This document shows, in pieces, positions 14,025 through 26,404 of a stretch of 64,000 bases of DNA (positions within the stretch are counted from its first letter, which is position 1; the number at the start of each line of letters is the position of its first letter). The notes under the pieces were generated by a model, which saw only the letters and a program-made list of their open reading frames with translations, ran no database searches and was not told where the DNA came from. The position numbers and the translations under genes were made by a program. The stretch comes from Octopus vulgaris. Taxonomy: Eukaryota. The stretch spans positions 95,046,001 to 95,110,000 of the forward strand of contig OX597815.1 in the NCBI GenBank assembly GCA_951406725.2, written 5' to 3'.

Positions 14025-14739
14025 GCAGGCTGCTCTCGATTATTGAGGCCGCCTTAAATCCTCGAAACTCTACTCTCTCCAGCGCCGCCGTGAGCGGTAC
14101 ATCATTTGTACGATGTGGAGAATATACCGCCAACTTTGCCCAAATGACCTGAACATTAGCTTCAAGGTTCATCCAAGACTGGGACCACGGGCCATACGTC
14201 CCCTACCCAATTTAGTATCACAGCATATATGTATGAATGTATGTATATATATATAGGCATATATGGGTGCAGAACGTCACCAACTGCGTAGACAACATGA
14301 AATACTTGGACAAATGACCGAAAAAACGGAACAGAGGCTGTCGGCTGTCTATCTACTTCTCATTTCGAGCATTCAACGACAATATGAGTCTTCATAAATT
14401 CTAAATTAAATTTTAGGATTTATGGAGTGTGAAAGTTGGGGACAAAAACAGGCCAGTGGAGACACACAAGGAAACTGAACGAAAATAGATACGGAGGGTA
14501 GTGAGACCAGAACGAGAGGATAATAGTGAACTGTGGGAGAAATATTTTCTTTGAAGAGAGAAATGATAGGAGAGGAAAAAAAAACGTTTAAACAGTTGGT
14601 GATGTCATGTACCCATACATGTATGTATATATATATATTCGATTAGAGGTTATGTTAACCTCATGGAAGGATGGTTTCATCCAAGGAAATACTGGTTTAT
14701 TACCTAGTATTTAAGGGGAATTAATTTCATTAAAATAAT

Positions 14740-14773
<34 letters not shown>

Positions 14774-15017
14774 AAATTACATTCATATAAAAGAAGAAAA
14801 AGTAAATGTAGATTGGGAAGTTAATAATTGTTTATTATTAACAGCAAATTAATCATCTTCACCTAAACCTGCGTCAATACTCAGTAAATATTAAATATAT
14901 ATGAGCTGAGCATAATATCATCAGAGGGGAAAATATACCCTTGGATGTTTTATATGTATTTACGTATTCATTATAGCAGACCGAATGATATGGCTTATAT
15001 ATATATATATATATATA

Positions 15018-16637
15018 TAGTTGCGGCCAAAATGTTCAGAACGGCATTTTTTTCGTCAGAAAAGTAAGTATAAGTTTTTATCAAAGTAGCTTTATATTCT
15101 ATAATTTTCACAAACAATAAATACAATATCAATTGTTATTGTCATAGATTTTGGTGTAATTTGAGAGGATAATACAAAAGTTATAGATGATTTAGTGATT
15201 TACTGCAAAACCCATGGCGGCCAAAATTATCAGAACGGTTGAAAAAATAGCCAAATAATAAAAAAATTACAGAGAATACTGGAATTATTTAATATTTAGT
15301 GTGAAGCCCTTTAGCTTCAATCACACTCTGGCATATTCGACTGCATGAGGAAATTAAATTTTCAATTTCTTGCTGGGTGATCTTATTCCATTCTTCCTGA
15401 AGGGCATTCCATAATTGCTCACTTGTTTTAGGATTTCTGGCTTTTGAACGTTCTCCTAGAATATTCCATACATTTTCAATAGGATTGAGATCTGGGCTTT
15501 GAGCAGGCCAATCCATAACAATAACCTTTTCAGCCTTGAGGAAGTTCATGACCACCTTAGCCTTGTGACATGGGGGATTGTCCTGCATGAATATGGGTGG
15601 TCGCTTAGTTGAATTTCTCAGCACAGGCAAGACATAATCTTTTACAAGTTGTTTATAAACTCCTGCAGTTACCTTTCCATGCAATCGCACCAAAGGGCCC
15701 ACACCATCTCCAGATATCATCCCCCAAACCATGACACTTCCTCCACCGAATTTAACACTAGTCTTAAGGCATTTAGGCGACAATTTTTCACCTACTTTTC
15801 TACGAACGTACCTTTTCCCATCTGAGCCAAATAACATAAACTTAGATTCATCACTGAAATGCACCGTTTGCCATTTTTCTTGAGACCAAAACACATGTTT
15901 GGTTGCAAAGGTAAGACGACACTTTTTATTCTTGGAGCTGATCAGTGGCTTCACTGCAGGTGCTCTTGCTTGTAGGTCATGTTCAACTAAACGACGAGAC
16001 AGTTTTTCGAGATAAAGTTTTCTTCAATACAATGCTCATTTTCCGAGAAACAGCAGCAGCAGCAGTTTTAAATCTGTCCTTTTTAACCAACTTTACCATA
16101 GCACGATCTTCTCTCTTGGTCGTTTTTCTTGGCCTACCTGTAAACTTTCTTGCTTCACACGAACCACAATCATCGTAGACCTTAAGAATACCGTGTACAA
16201 TACTTTTTGAGTTGTTAACAATCTTTGCAATAGATCCAAAACTTAAATTATCCTTCCTTCGAAGCTTAATAATCTGCTGACGAATTGGTAACGGAGTAAG
16301 TGGCATTATATTAACAAAGTACACTGCAAATATTCTTACTAATGTTTAGTAAACGAACCGTCACGTCAACAAATTCAAAACATTAGAGTTCGCCGGTTAA
16401 ATATACTAAAACACGGAGTAAAAGCAACCGTTCTGATCATTTTGGCCGCCATGGGTTTTGCAGTAAGTCACTAAATCATCTATAACTTTTGTATTATCCT
16501 CTCAAATCTCAGGCAATAACAAATAATATCGTATTTATTGTTTGTGAAAATTATAGAATATAAAACAACATTGATAAAAAATTATATCTACTTTTCTGAC
16601 GAAAACAATGCCGTTCTGAACATTTTGGCCGCCATTG
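15018..16637 (-). mobile_element. Tc1-family DNA transposon with long IR-DR terminal inverted repeats
   Basis: TIRs of about 215-220 bp (15018-15240 and 16426-16637). Each carries the direct repeat GCGGCCAAAATnnTCAGAACGG at both ends. TA lies at both flanks. Confidence 0.93.
15289..16306 (-). pseudogene. Tc1 DD34E transposase, frameshifted near 15955-15985
   Basis: N-terminal HTH with GRPRKTT. Catalytic FSDESKF, FMQDN and SPDLNPIEN, with 34 residues counted between the second D and E. C-terminal GLHTKY. Confidence 0.92.
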
Positions 16638-16649
16638 TATATATAAGAT

Positions 16650-17255
16650 ATTTGTTGTGTAAGCCTAGAACAATGCGAGGTAGTACACAAAACAAAGTTA
16701 CAGTTTTACCTCGTATTTCTATATTTTGGAGCTATGACCCCCTTCTTCAGCATATTTAGAAAAAGTCGTGGGAAAAGTCGTTGCTCAGATGTGTAGGGGG
16801 GAAGGAGGTTGGTGACATGAGCAAACTGGTGTTGCTGCAGCAACCAGTCTGTTTCTTCTAGTTCCTTTCTATTGTTAGTGGCTGGTCTCAATTTGTTTAT
16901 AAGGAGAACTTCCATGTTGCGTTTTGCATGTTTCCATCAGGGAAGCCGAGAGCATTAGGAACAGTCTCATGGAAGCCTTCCTTATAAACGAACTGAGACC
17001 AGCCATTAGCAACAGCAAGGAACTACACGAAGCAGACTGGTTGCTATAGCAACACCAGTCTACGCATGTCACCTTCCTCCTCCACATATCTGAGTAACGA
17101 CTTTTTCTTACTGCCGCTTTTTCCAAATGTCCTGAATAAGGGGTCATGACCTAGAAATATAGAAATATATGATAAAATTGCAACTTAATTGTTTTCGTTT
17201 CCTTTTGTAATTTACTTTGTACTTTCTCGCGTTGTTCCGGCCTTACACAACAAAT
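16650..17255. mobile_element. Degenerate PLE foldback: inverted arms 16650-16916 and 16968-17255
   Basis: The arms are diverged reverse complements. The right arm encodes a GIY-YIG-type C-terminus (LMEAFLINELRPAISNSKEL). Decayed HHR motifs at about 17132-17161 (+) and 16718-16750 (-). Confidence 0.75.
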
Positions 17256-17284
17256 TTCATTAAGTTATACTACACAATGCTTCA

Positions 17285-17348
<64 letters not shown>

Positions 17349-17554
17349 TTTAAGTAGACAAATGAATTATCTTATTACGGATAATTCGAAAGATAACCGA
17401 TACCTGGGTAGGAAACTCACAACAGAAAGGGCACGATTGAAGTTACGACCATAGGGCATAAAATCCGTGCCTTAGTGCGGAAATTTGAAGTTTTATGTAT
17501 TAAGTACAGGAAAGAATGGAGCTGAACGAAGATTTAACAAAATTCCTTTATTTT

Positions 17555-17640
17555 ATTTTCGACATATGTTTCGAAGTCTGCAAAGTCCCTAATTCCGAGT
17601 GACTAAGGAGTCCATTATGCAGCTTTCTCTTCAGGAAAAT
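17555..17640 (-). ncRNA. Identical hammerhead ribozyme on the minus strand
   Basis: Exact reverse complement of 17742-17827. Confidence 0.85.
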
Positions 17641-17741
17641 CCAGGAACTTAATTCTCCAACAAAATGTTACTTTTATGGGCTCCTCGTGAGCAGTCATCG
17701 AAAAGCTTGTTGTGCATTTTGTTGGAGAATTAAGTTCCTGG

Positions 17742-17827
17742 ATTTTCCTGAAGAGAAAGCTGCATAATGGACTCCTTAGTCACTCGGAATTAGGGACTTT
17801 GCAGACTTCGAAACATATGTCGAAAAT
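17742..17827 (+). ncRNA. Type I hammerhead ribozyme with canonical core and GUC cleavage site
   Basis: ATTTTC-CTGAAGA-[long stem II, 17755-17809]-GAAA-CATATG-TC-GAAAAT. Perfect 6-bp stem I and palindromic stem III. Confidence 0.85.
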
Positions 17828-17878
17828 AAAATAAAGGAATTTTGTTAAATCTTCGTTCAGCTCTATTCTTTCCTATAC

Positions 17879-17918
<40 letters not shown>

Positions 17919-18164
17919 CACGTTGAATAAATAATTTTCCGTCTAACACAAATGCCGTTTGAATCATCTGTTTAAATTTACCTTTAAGCTTTTACTTCTT
18001 TCCGTCATTGGACTGAGGCCATGCTGGGGAACGGCCTTGAATGTTTATCATTGAACCACTCACAATTATATCTTCTACTGATCTATTATGACGAACCGCA
18101 ATGTTAAAGGGAGGAAAACAAACCAACACCGGAGAAACACTTAGACACAGAGATCTATCTATCA

Positions 18165-18221
<57 letters not shown>

Positions 18222-18367
18222 AGAATTTTGCTTCTCAACCACATGGTTCCGGGTTCAGCTCCACCGCGTTGCAACTTGAGCAAGAGTTTTCTACTATATC
18301 TTCGGGCCAATCAAAACCTTGTGTATGTGTGTGTGTGTGTGTGCGTGCGCACGCATGTGTGTGTATA

Positions 18368-19340
18368 CGAGGTAGCATCAAAAAGTTCCCGGACTAGTTC
18401 TGTAGCCCACCAACAGATGGCAGCGCACGACCTTCTTGCGGCTCTTCTTGTGGTGCTTACTTCGCAAGTTGTGAAATTTGCGTTTTTGTGATTACGTGAA
18501 TGCAGTAGTCTGCGATTTTTGTGATAGACAGGAAGTTGGTACAAAGAGCCAGCATGAAATTTTGCGATAAACTTGGGAAGTTTACTTCAGAGACATTCAG
18601 CATACTTTCTCAAGTTATGGGACGAGGCGATGGGTCGCACGCAATGTTTCGAGTGACACGATCGGTTCAAAAGCGCAAGAACATCCCTGGAAGACGATGA
18701 GCAATGTGAAAGACTTGACACAAGCGTCACCAATGGAAAGGTGGAAAAAAATTTGGAGGATAATCAACGACATTGCTGCTGTTGGTAATCTGTATTATGG
18801 GTCTAAATTAAACATGCGTATCTCTGCCAAGTTTGTACTCCGCCTACGTCGATTTCTTTCAAAATCTCCGAAAGCGTGCCGCTAATGACCCGTCCTTCAT
18901 TTCATCACCGCTAACGAAATTTGGGTCAACAAGCACGACCCTTAAACGAAGTAATAGTCGTCACAACAGAAGAGGCATTCATCTCCACGCCCGAAGCAGG
19001 CACGACAGAGCCGCTGCTCAATCAAGAGCAGCATGTTCATCAATTTTTCGACCTCTATGGTATTGTGCATCGAGAATATATCCCCCAAGGCTACTCCGAC
19101 AATCGAGAATTCTACAGCGACGTTTTGAAGCTTTTCAGGGAGAACATTTCGCGAATGCTACTGGATCTTTAGAACGCGAAGAATTAGATTCTTCACGACG
19201 ACAATGCACCCTGTCACTGAACCCTTCTCATTCGTGAGTTTCTCGCCAAAAACAACATGGTGTCGATACCGCACACGCATTATTCGCCAGATTGAGCACC
19301 TGTGGACTTCCATCTCTTCCCGAAGATAAAAATGCCACCC
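18368..19340 (+). mobile_element. Decayed mariner transposon; left TIR present, right end lost
   Basis: TA|CGAGGTAGCATCAAAAAGTTCCCGGACT terminus. Broken transposase with QRASMKFC..LGK, LEDDE, HREYIPQG, ILHDDNAPCH and YSPD*APVDFHLFPKIK. Confidence 0.85.
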
Positions 19341-19762
19341 AAATAAGGACGTTTATGTCTAGCAAATTCACTCACAAGGCTTTATACGGCCCGAGTGTGC
19401 CACGCAGTGGAAATGAACCCGGAATCATATCGTTGGGAAGCAAGCTTCTTACCACGAATAATTACATGTTTATATATGTGTGTGTTATTTTGTGTCGGTG
19501 TTTGACCCCCACCGCCGCTTGACAACCGGTGTTGGTGTGTTTACATACCCGCTTGTTAGTGGTTCGGCAAAAGACGGTGATAGGATAAGTACTAGGCTTC
19601 TAATAATAAGTACTGCGGTCGATTCATTCGAGTAACAATTAACAGATAAAAGATATACACACACATACACATACATACATGCATACATACATATATATAT
19701 ATATATACATATATATGTGTATATATAAATATACATATATATTTATATATAGATATAGATAT

Positions 19763-19807
<45 letters not shown>

Positions 19808-21143
19808 CACATATATACATACACACACACATATATATATATATATGTACATCTATATACACCCACATATATATACGTATATTCATATGTATATGTGTAT
19901 GTATGTATATCTAGAGAAAGAGAGAGAGCGAGCAAAGAGACACAGATAGAAATAGAACAGGGAGAGAGAGAGATACATATATACGACGAGTGTCTTTCAG
20001 TCGCCGCTTACCAAATTCACACTTCAGGCTTTGGTCGGCACGCGTGGAAGGTTCTACAATAGAAGGCACTTGTTTAGCATACTACTTACTGTGACTAGAT
20101 CCGGAATCATTTTGTTGAGAAGCAAGTTCCTAAACAGTCAAGCCTGTGTGTATTACAAATGATTATTAAACTACCATAATAGTTTCGTAATTTTAAGAGA
20201 CATTTTGGGAAAATAATTAAAGAGGAACGTATTATTTCGTATTAGTTAGGTGCTTATAAATACACATACATTGCTCTTTTTGCTTCTGCATCACCAACGG
20301 TAAAGTGTAATTTTCCAGAGTGCGTTCAATAAACATGAAAACGTTCTGACAAAGAAGTTTACTATGCCAGCATAAACCTTCAAGGCATGTAGCTAGGAAA
20401 CAAGTGACATTGATATATACGCTTAATACGAAGGAAAAAGAAAACAACTAAACATACAGCGGTGGAGGGTAGCGAGGCATTAAAAATTCAAACGAATGAA
20501 TGGAGGGGTTTAATGGCAAACAACATTGAGGAGAAATGAGTCAAGATGATAGTTAATGAAGACAACGATGAAAAGAGAGATAAAAGAGAAGTGTTTTTGA
20601 TTTATTTATGCAAGTGTAAATAGGATAAAAAGAATACAACGGTTAAGTATAAATATTCAATAAGGTTACAAACAAAAAAAATTGATGAGTTTTTACACAT
20701 AAACAGACGCAAGCACGCTAAGTTCACACGCGCGCATTCAAACATACGTGCATACTCAATCGTACGCGCGCAAACAAGCACGCGAATGTACACAAACGCA
20801 TGCGTCTGTATGTATGAATATATATATATATATATATATATATAAAGGGAGAGATAGAAGGAGAGGGAAGGAAAAGGAGAAATAGGTAGATAGGCAGATA
20901 GATAGATAGATACATGTATAATATATATGCATACATATACACATATATTGATGTATGCATTCACATATATTCACAGCCGTGGCTGTGTGGTAAGAGGTTC
21001 ACTCCTTAACCAGATGGTTCTGTGTTCAATCCTCTTGCGTGTCACCTCGAGCAAGTATCTCCTACTAAAGCCTCGGTCTGACCAAAGACTTGTGAATGGA
21101 TTTGGCAAACAGAAACTGAAAGAAGCGCATCATATATATATAT

Positions 21144-21474
21144 GCATGGCTCAGTGGTTAGAGCGTCGAGCTTACGATCGTGAGGTTGTGAGCTCGAATC
21201 CCGGACCGGGCTGCGTGTTGTGTTCTTGAGCAAGGCACTTTATTTCACGTTGCTCCAGTTCACTCAGCTGTAGAAATGAGTTGCGACGTCACTGGTGCCA
21301 AGCTGTATCGACCTTTGTCTTTCCCTTGGATAACACTGGTGGCGTGGAGAGGGAAGGCTGGTATGCATGGGCGACTGCTGGTCCTCCATAAACAACCTTG
21401 CCCGGACTTGTGTCTAGGAGGGTAACTTTCTAGGTGCAATCCCATGGTCATTCATGACCGAAGGGGGTCTTTAC

Positions 21475-21478
<4 letters not shown>
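21144..21478 (+). mobile_element. tRNA-derived SINE family B, full length (Meta/MESC-like body, RTE-like tail)
   Basis: A box TGGCTCAGTGG and B-box-like GAGCTCGAATCC. Body TTCTTGAGCAAGGCACTT...CACTCAGCTGTAGAAATGAGT. 3' hairpin GGTCATTCATGACC. A near-identical copy is at 39226-39496. Confidence 0.85.
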
Positions 21479-21526
<48 letters not shown>

Positions 21527-21534
21527 GGGGTGTG

Positions 21535-21823
21535 CATGGAGGTGAATGGCCCAGTGGTTTGCGCAGCGAACTCGCTTTCGTAGGATCGCGGCTTCCCAGA
21601 CCGGGCGTTGTGAGTGTTTACTGAGCGAAAGCAACTAAAGCTCCACGAGGCACTGGCAGGGGGTGGTGGCGATCCCTGCTGTTCTCTTTCCCCACAGCTT
21701 TCTCTCACTCTTTCTCCTGTTGGCCTGCTCGCTTAGCCAGCGGGGTGGCGTATTTGAAGGCTAAAACAATGCAAAGCGCATTGTGACTAGCGATGTGTAG
21801 CAACATCTGATAGCCTGGTCGGC
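21535..21823 (+). mobile_element. tRNA-like-headed SINE family D
   Basis: A-box-like TGGCCCAGTGG, GC-rich body, bounded by (TA)n. Confidence 0.6.
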
Positions 21824-22939
21824 TATATATATACACGTATATGTGTATATATGTATTTGTGTCTGTTTTTCCCCTAACACCACTTGAAAACGGTTTTTTG
21901 TGAATTTACGTCAGTGTAATTGAGTGGTCCCGCAAAAGAGACAGATTGAATACGTACCAGTCTTAGACAAAAGTGTTGGGATCGATTCATTCAATTAAAA
22001 ATTCTACAAGGCGCTGAAAGAAGGCACTGAATGTAGTAAGAGCCTAAAGAGGAATACACGCTAAGAAATATTCTCACAATGTATCCACTTCAAGCGCTAT
22101 ATGTTGCAAAATTGGGATTCCCCGTTCGCTCATAAGAGTTCTTACGTTTTGTTAGCAGGCCAGGGGATCGATCCCTCTTTCTCAAATTGGCTGGTCTAGA
22201 GGAGATAACACGTCCTCACCAACGCCGGAACTTTTATCTTTTTACGACTTTTTGACCACCATTCCATCTCCGAGAGATGAAGGGTTAAATTTCTTTCTGT
22301 ATAGATTCTGATGAGCTGTCCAAGTAATCAACAAACGATTATATAGGGTGAATTTTTGTCAAGACCATCAGTTCTAATATTTGAATGTTGTTTTATTTTA
22401 ACGATCCGGGAACGATGGAAGACAGCGTTTATGATTTTCGGTTTGAAAGTAAACATCAAATATGAAGTAGAGTATTTCTTCTGATGCTCAAACTATTCTT
22501 CCAGCTCATTGCCCTTAACATAAGATAAATGTTGGTTTCTGATTTCGGTAAAATGCTTCATAATTTTGAGGGAAGGACGTTAGTTGAAGCCATCGATCTA
22601 GAACTCAACTGAGATTTTATTTCATCCCAAAATATTGAAAGGCAAAGTTGACCGCGGCATGGTCTATACTGAAAATATAAAGTGTCGGAACAAATATCAC
22701 AAAATGTTTTCATTTTTCCGAGGCTTAATGAGTCTGAAAGATTTCGCTTTAAGCGTAAGATAATGAGAGAACCGAAATAAGTCATGAAGTGTGTATGAGA
22801 AAAATTAAGAAACATGAAATTGTATAAATTATTTATCAGTCCTTACTCATGTGGATGTGAAGACTCATACTTGAAATTTAAAAATATTCATTACTTGCGT
22901 GTATTTCGAGCGAAAAATGAAAAATGCAATTAGATTATA

Positions 22940-23075
22940 GGCGCAGGTGCGGGTGTGTTGTTAGAATCTTGCTTTCTGGCCAAATGCGTTCAGTCTCACT
23001 ACGTGGTATCTTCGGCAAGTGTTTTCTACTAAATCTTGAGTGGATTTGGTATACAGGAACTGAAAGAAGCTCGTC

Positions 23076-23076
<1 letters not shown>
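22940..23076 (+). mobile_element. Family A SINE head fragment
   Basis: Aligns to 49580-49740. Further fragments lie near 18000-18330, 19360-19650, 19985-20150 and 44280-44410. Confidence 0.7.
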
Positions 23077-23131
<55 letters not shown>

Positions 23132-23245
23132 TTATATATATTTATATATATGTATGTATGTAGTATATTTAGAAAGATACACACATACACACATATGTAT
23201 GTATGTGTGTATATATATATATGTGTATATATATATGTGTGTGTG

Positions 23246-23279
<34 letters not shown>

Positions 23280-23339
23280 CTTATATTATATATTAATATA
23301 TATGTGAATATGTATATATCTATATGTAAATATGTACGT

Positions 23340-24130
23340 GCGATGGCCATCCACTCGTGACCGTGGAAGACCATTGCTGACCTTCAGAAACAATGTGTGC
23401 TCTAGGACTAACTTATATTTTGCTTTTGCGGCGCCGTTGGTGGCTAATGACATGCTTCCATCTCGTCAAGTCTGCATGCTTCACCACCTTCCCATTGCCG
23501 CAGGACTTCCGAATAAGAATAAAATAAATATATGCTAAAAATAAAGATACATATATACTGAAAATAAAATGAATATATATAGGAAAGAAAAAAATGCAGC
23601 ACATATCGAGCAAAGGCCAGCAATGCCTGTGCAGAGTTTTAGGTCCAATAATGCTTGCACGAGACCTCATAGACCCTCTAACCTCTATTGTCATTATCCA
23701 GAGACAAACCAGAACAAGAATCTGGTGCCAATATAAGTCGCAGGCTCAGGGACGTGGGATCGCCCAGATCTCTAGCACAAACCAAAGACCCCCAAAATAT
23801 CCAATGTCATTCCTTGCATATCTGGTTTTATATCAGAGTGACCTTCTCCTAGAGACATGCTTCAACAGAAGCTGAGGGTTGCCTCACTCCTAGTGGTCTT
23901 TTAGCACGCCGGACATCATCCCAGAGTTTCTATCTATTGCTAGATAGCCGTTAAGCCTGCACTAGGTTCATCCAACCTTGTTTTCAATCCTACTGGGTTT
24001 CTAGTAATCCTCCTCACCAGGGTAGCCTTGTGGGGGTGCCGCTTTAGTCACCGACGACCTGATCAGGCAACATGTTGTACTGGATTCCATGTTACCAATG
24101 GTACTTCTGAGAGCCTTATAAGTGACCTGA
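23340..24130 (-). mobile_element. Probable RTE-derived non-coding remnant
   Basis: Minus strand has TCTAGGAGAAGGTCACTCTGATATAAAACC, resembling RTE 5' UTR motifs, and a 3' end ATGGTCTTCCACGGTCACGAGTGGATGGC. Recognised from memory only. Confidence 0.35.
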
Positions 24131-24777
24131 CATGTATGTACATACGCACACATACACACACAGAGACCTACACACACACATATATACATATACGTATATA
24201 TATTAACACACCCTCATATATATATATATATATGCATGTATATACCCATCATTTACTGAGTATCAAACTAATATCAACTAGTAGTTTTTGTAACGTCTTT
24301 GTGTTGTAGTTTCCGTAAAATTTGCACTATATGTATGAATGTGTTAGTGTGTGTGTGTGTATTATGTATAATGTAGTATATACACATATATTGTGGAAAC
24401 ACAATTTACTCTATATTTGTATTGAATGCATTTTATATTTGCATTAAACTGAGGCCACAGACTTTATATATACATGCTACTATATGTATGTATATGTACA
24501 TACACACACACGAATATGTATATGTGTGTGTAACCGTTTGCATAAAATAAAACAATAACTTACTGAAAGATTGTTTGTAAGCGATAAAAATATTACTGTG
24601 TTTATTATTGAAAAAATTGTTCCTCAAACATGAAAGAAATAAGGAATGAATAAGAAGGAATATATATATATATATAGATAATTTGATTTCTAATCCTTTC
24701 TGAAATATTTGAACTTGTATATGCACTCACTCGATTCACTCACACGTAAGCCCCACTAGCATACCCACCGCATATAC

Positions 24778-24868
<91 letters not shown>

Positions 24869-24883
24869 TATGAATACGTAAGC

Positions 24884-24917
<34 letters not shown>

Positions 24918-25656
24918 ATTTGTGTAAAATCGAACTACAACAATCCACGCACGTACTCACAGACACACATATACGTAACTAAAAGTATAGTGTACTACGT
25001 GTGACTACATCAAACAATGAGAGAACTGAATACACTTTTAACATGTTTATTGTGTGTACTGGAAAGTTCAATGCATCACCGTGGGTAGTGCTTTCATCTC
25101 GGGTGAGAAAGTCATGATATATGACTTTCAGTAATGCAAATTTTGTTTATTGGTTTTTATTTGTGAGAATGGTGAATGTGCTGTGTTTGCTATTTTGGGG
25201 TTGCTTGTTTTTACTTTTGTTTCATTTGTGTTTATGTGTTAGGTTTGAGACGTGTGTGCATGCGTGAAATTAGACACGATGAAAGATTATATAAAGATAA
25301 CAAAATGCTTTTGTGAAAATATAATAAGACAAAGGTTAGTACGTGAAGCAGAGAGCTGGTGTCATCGAGGATAAAATTATTGCGATTATTTGAGGAAATA
25401 AGTTTCATTGGTACATAAAATTTCCTTTTTGTAGAGGCCATGCCGTTAGTCAGGTGTTAGTGTCAAGTTCGCTGTTAGTGTCAATATTAATATGGAATGT
25501 ACAAGGAGTCGATAGATAAGGAATCCACAATCTATTAGCATCTATTGCCGAGTGATAGGTGCATGTATGAATGTTTTAATTTATGCAAATTACCTAGGTC
25601 ATATATGAGTTGTGCTCCATGCTGTATATTTCTATGGGTTTCGTCTGTTGAATATA

Positions 25657-25886
25657 TATTTCTTTATTGCCCACAGGGGGCTAAACATAGAGGGGACAAA
25701 CAAGGACAGACAAAGGGATTAAGTTGATTTTCCACGACCCCAGTGCGTAACTGGTACTTTATTTATCGACCCCGAAAGGATGAAAGGCAAAGTCGACCTC
25801 GGCGGAATTTGAACTCAGAACGTAGCGGCAGACGAAATACTGCTAAGCATTTCGCCCGGCCTGCTAACGTTTCTGCCAGTTCGCCC
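25657..25886 (-). mobile_element. tRNA-derived SINE with Nin/Deu-like body (family C), Tx1-like tail, perfect 13-bp TSD
   Basis: TSD TCTGTTGAATATA at 25644-25656 and 25887-25899. B box GAGTTCAAATT. Body GCCTTTCATCCTTTCGGGGTCGATAAA. Confidence 0.9.
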
Positions 25887-26203
25887 TCTGTTGAATATAG
25901 GCTTAAACAATCGCTGTGATGATGATGCCTACTGAAAGAAAAACAGTTGTTCAGAGCCTCCTCTTGAGACAATCAAATTTTCTTCTCGTTAATCGCATGT
26001 CATTTTCGTCAATCGCAAGACTTCATTCTTGAACTTATCTCTCCTTATTTGCAAATTCCGTCAGAATTCGCGGAGCACTCATCCCATGAAAATTTCAAAT
26101 TTTCAGGGATATACTTGTTTTAACGCACCTGCATATGTTCTACTTTTCCGACACACATTTACACACATATGTACACACACGCACACACACACCACACACA
26201 AAG

Positions 26204-26242
<39 letters not shown>

Positions 26243-26404
26243 CACACGCACGCCCGTACACACGCGCGCGCGTGTGTTTCTGTTTGAGCTTAAATATATA
26301 TATATATATAGATTATAAAGGGTGGCTTATTAGCAATTAGTCAATACCCTCTGTCACTTCTCTGATACACACATACACATATATATTGACACATTTTTGT
26401 CAAA

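Larger units (their letters stand above)
17498..17884. mobile_element. Non-coding foldback mini-element: 170-bp near-perfect inverted arms with a 47-bp spacer
   Basis: 17498-17667 vs 17715-17884, 2 mismatches by eye. (TA)n abuts on the right and lies about 150 bp away on the left. Confidence 0.9.
20972..22015 (+). mobile_element. Family A SINE split by two nested SINEs
   Basis: Head 20972-21130 and tail about 21855-22015 align to the intact copy at 49580-49995. Confidence 0.7.

Noticed and set aside
14355-14398. Degenerate TGAAGA...GCTC-GAAA motifs here, near 26975-27030 and near 28607-28640
   Set aside because: Core or stems are too decayed to call. They are possible old PLE ends only.
14850-14930. 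CTGATGA followed by an 8-bp stem on the minus strand
   Set aside because: No GAAA or cleavage triplet in the right place, so it is not a hammerhead.
21144-21215. tRNA-like sequence
   Set aside because: It is the head of a SINE and continues into a body that is repeated at 39226. It has no complete acceptor stem.
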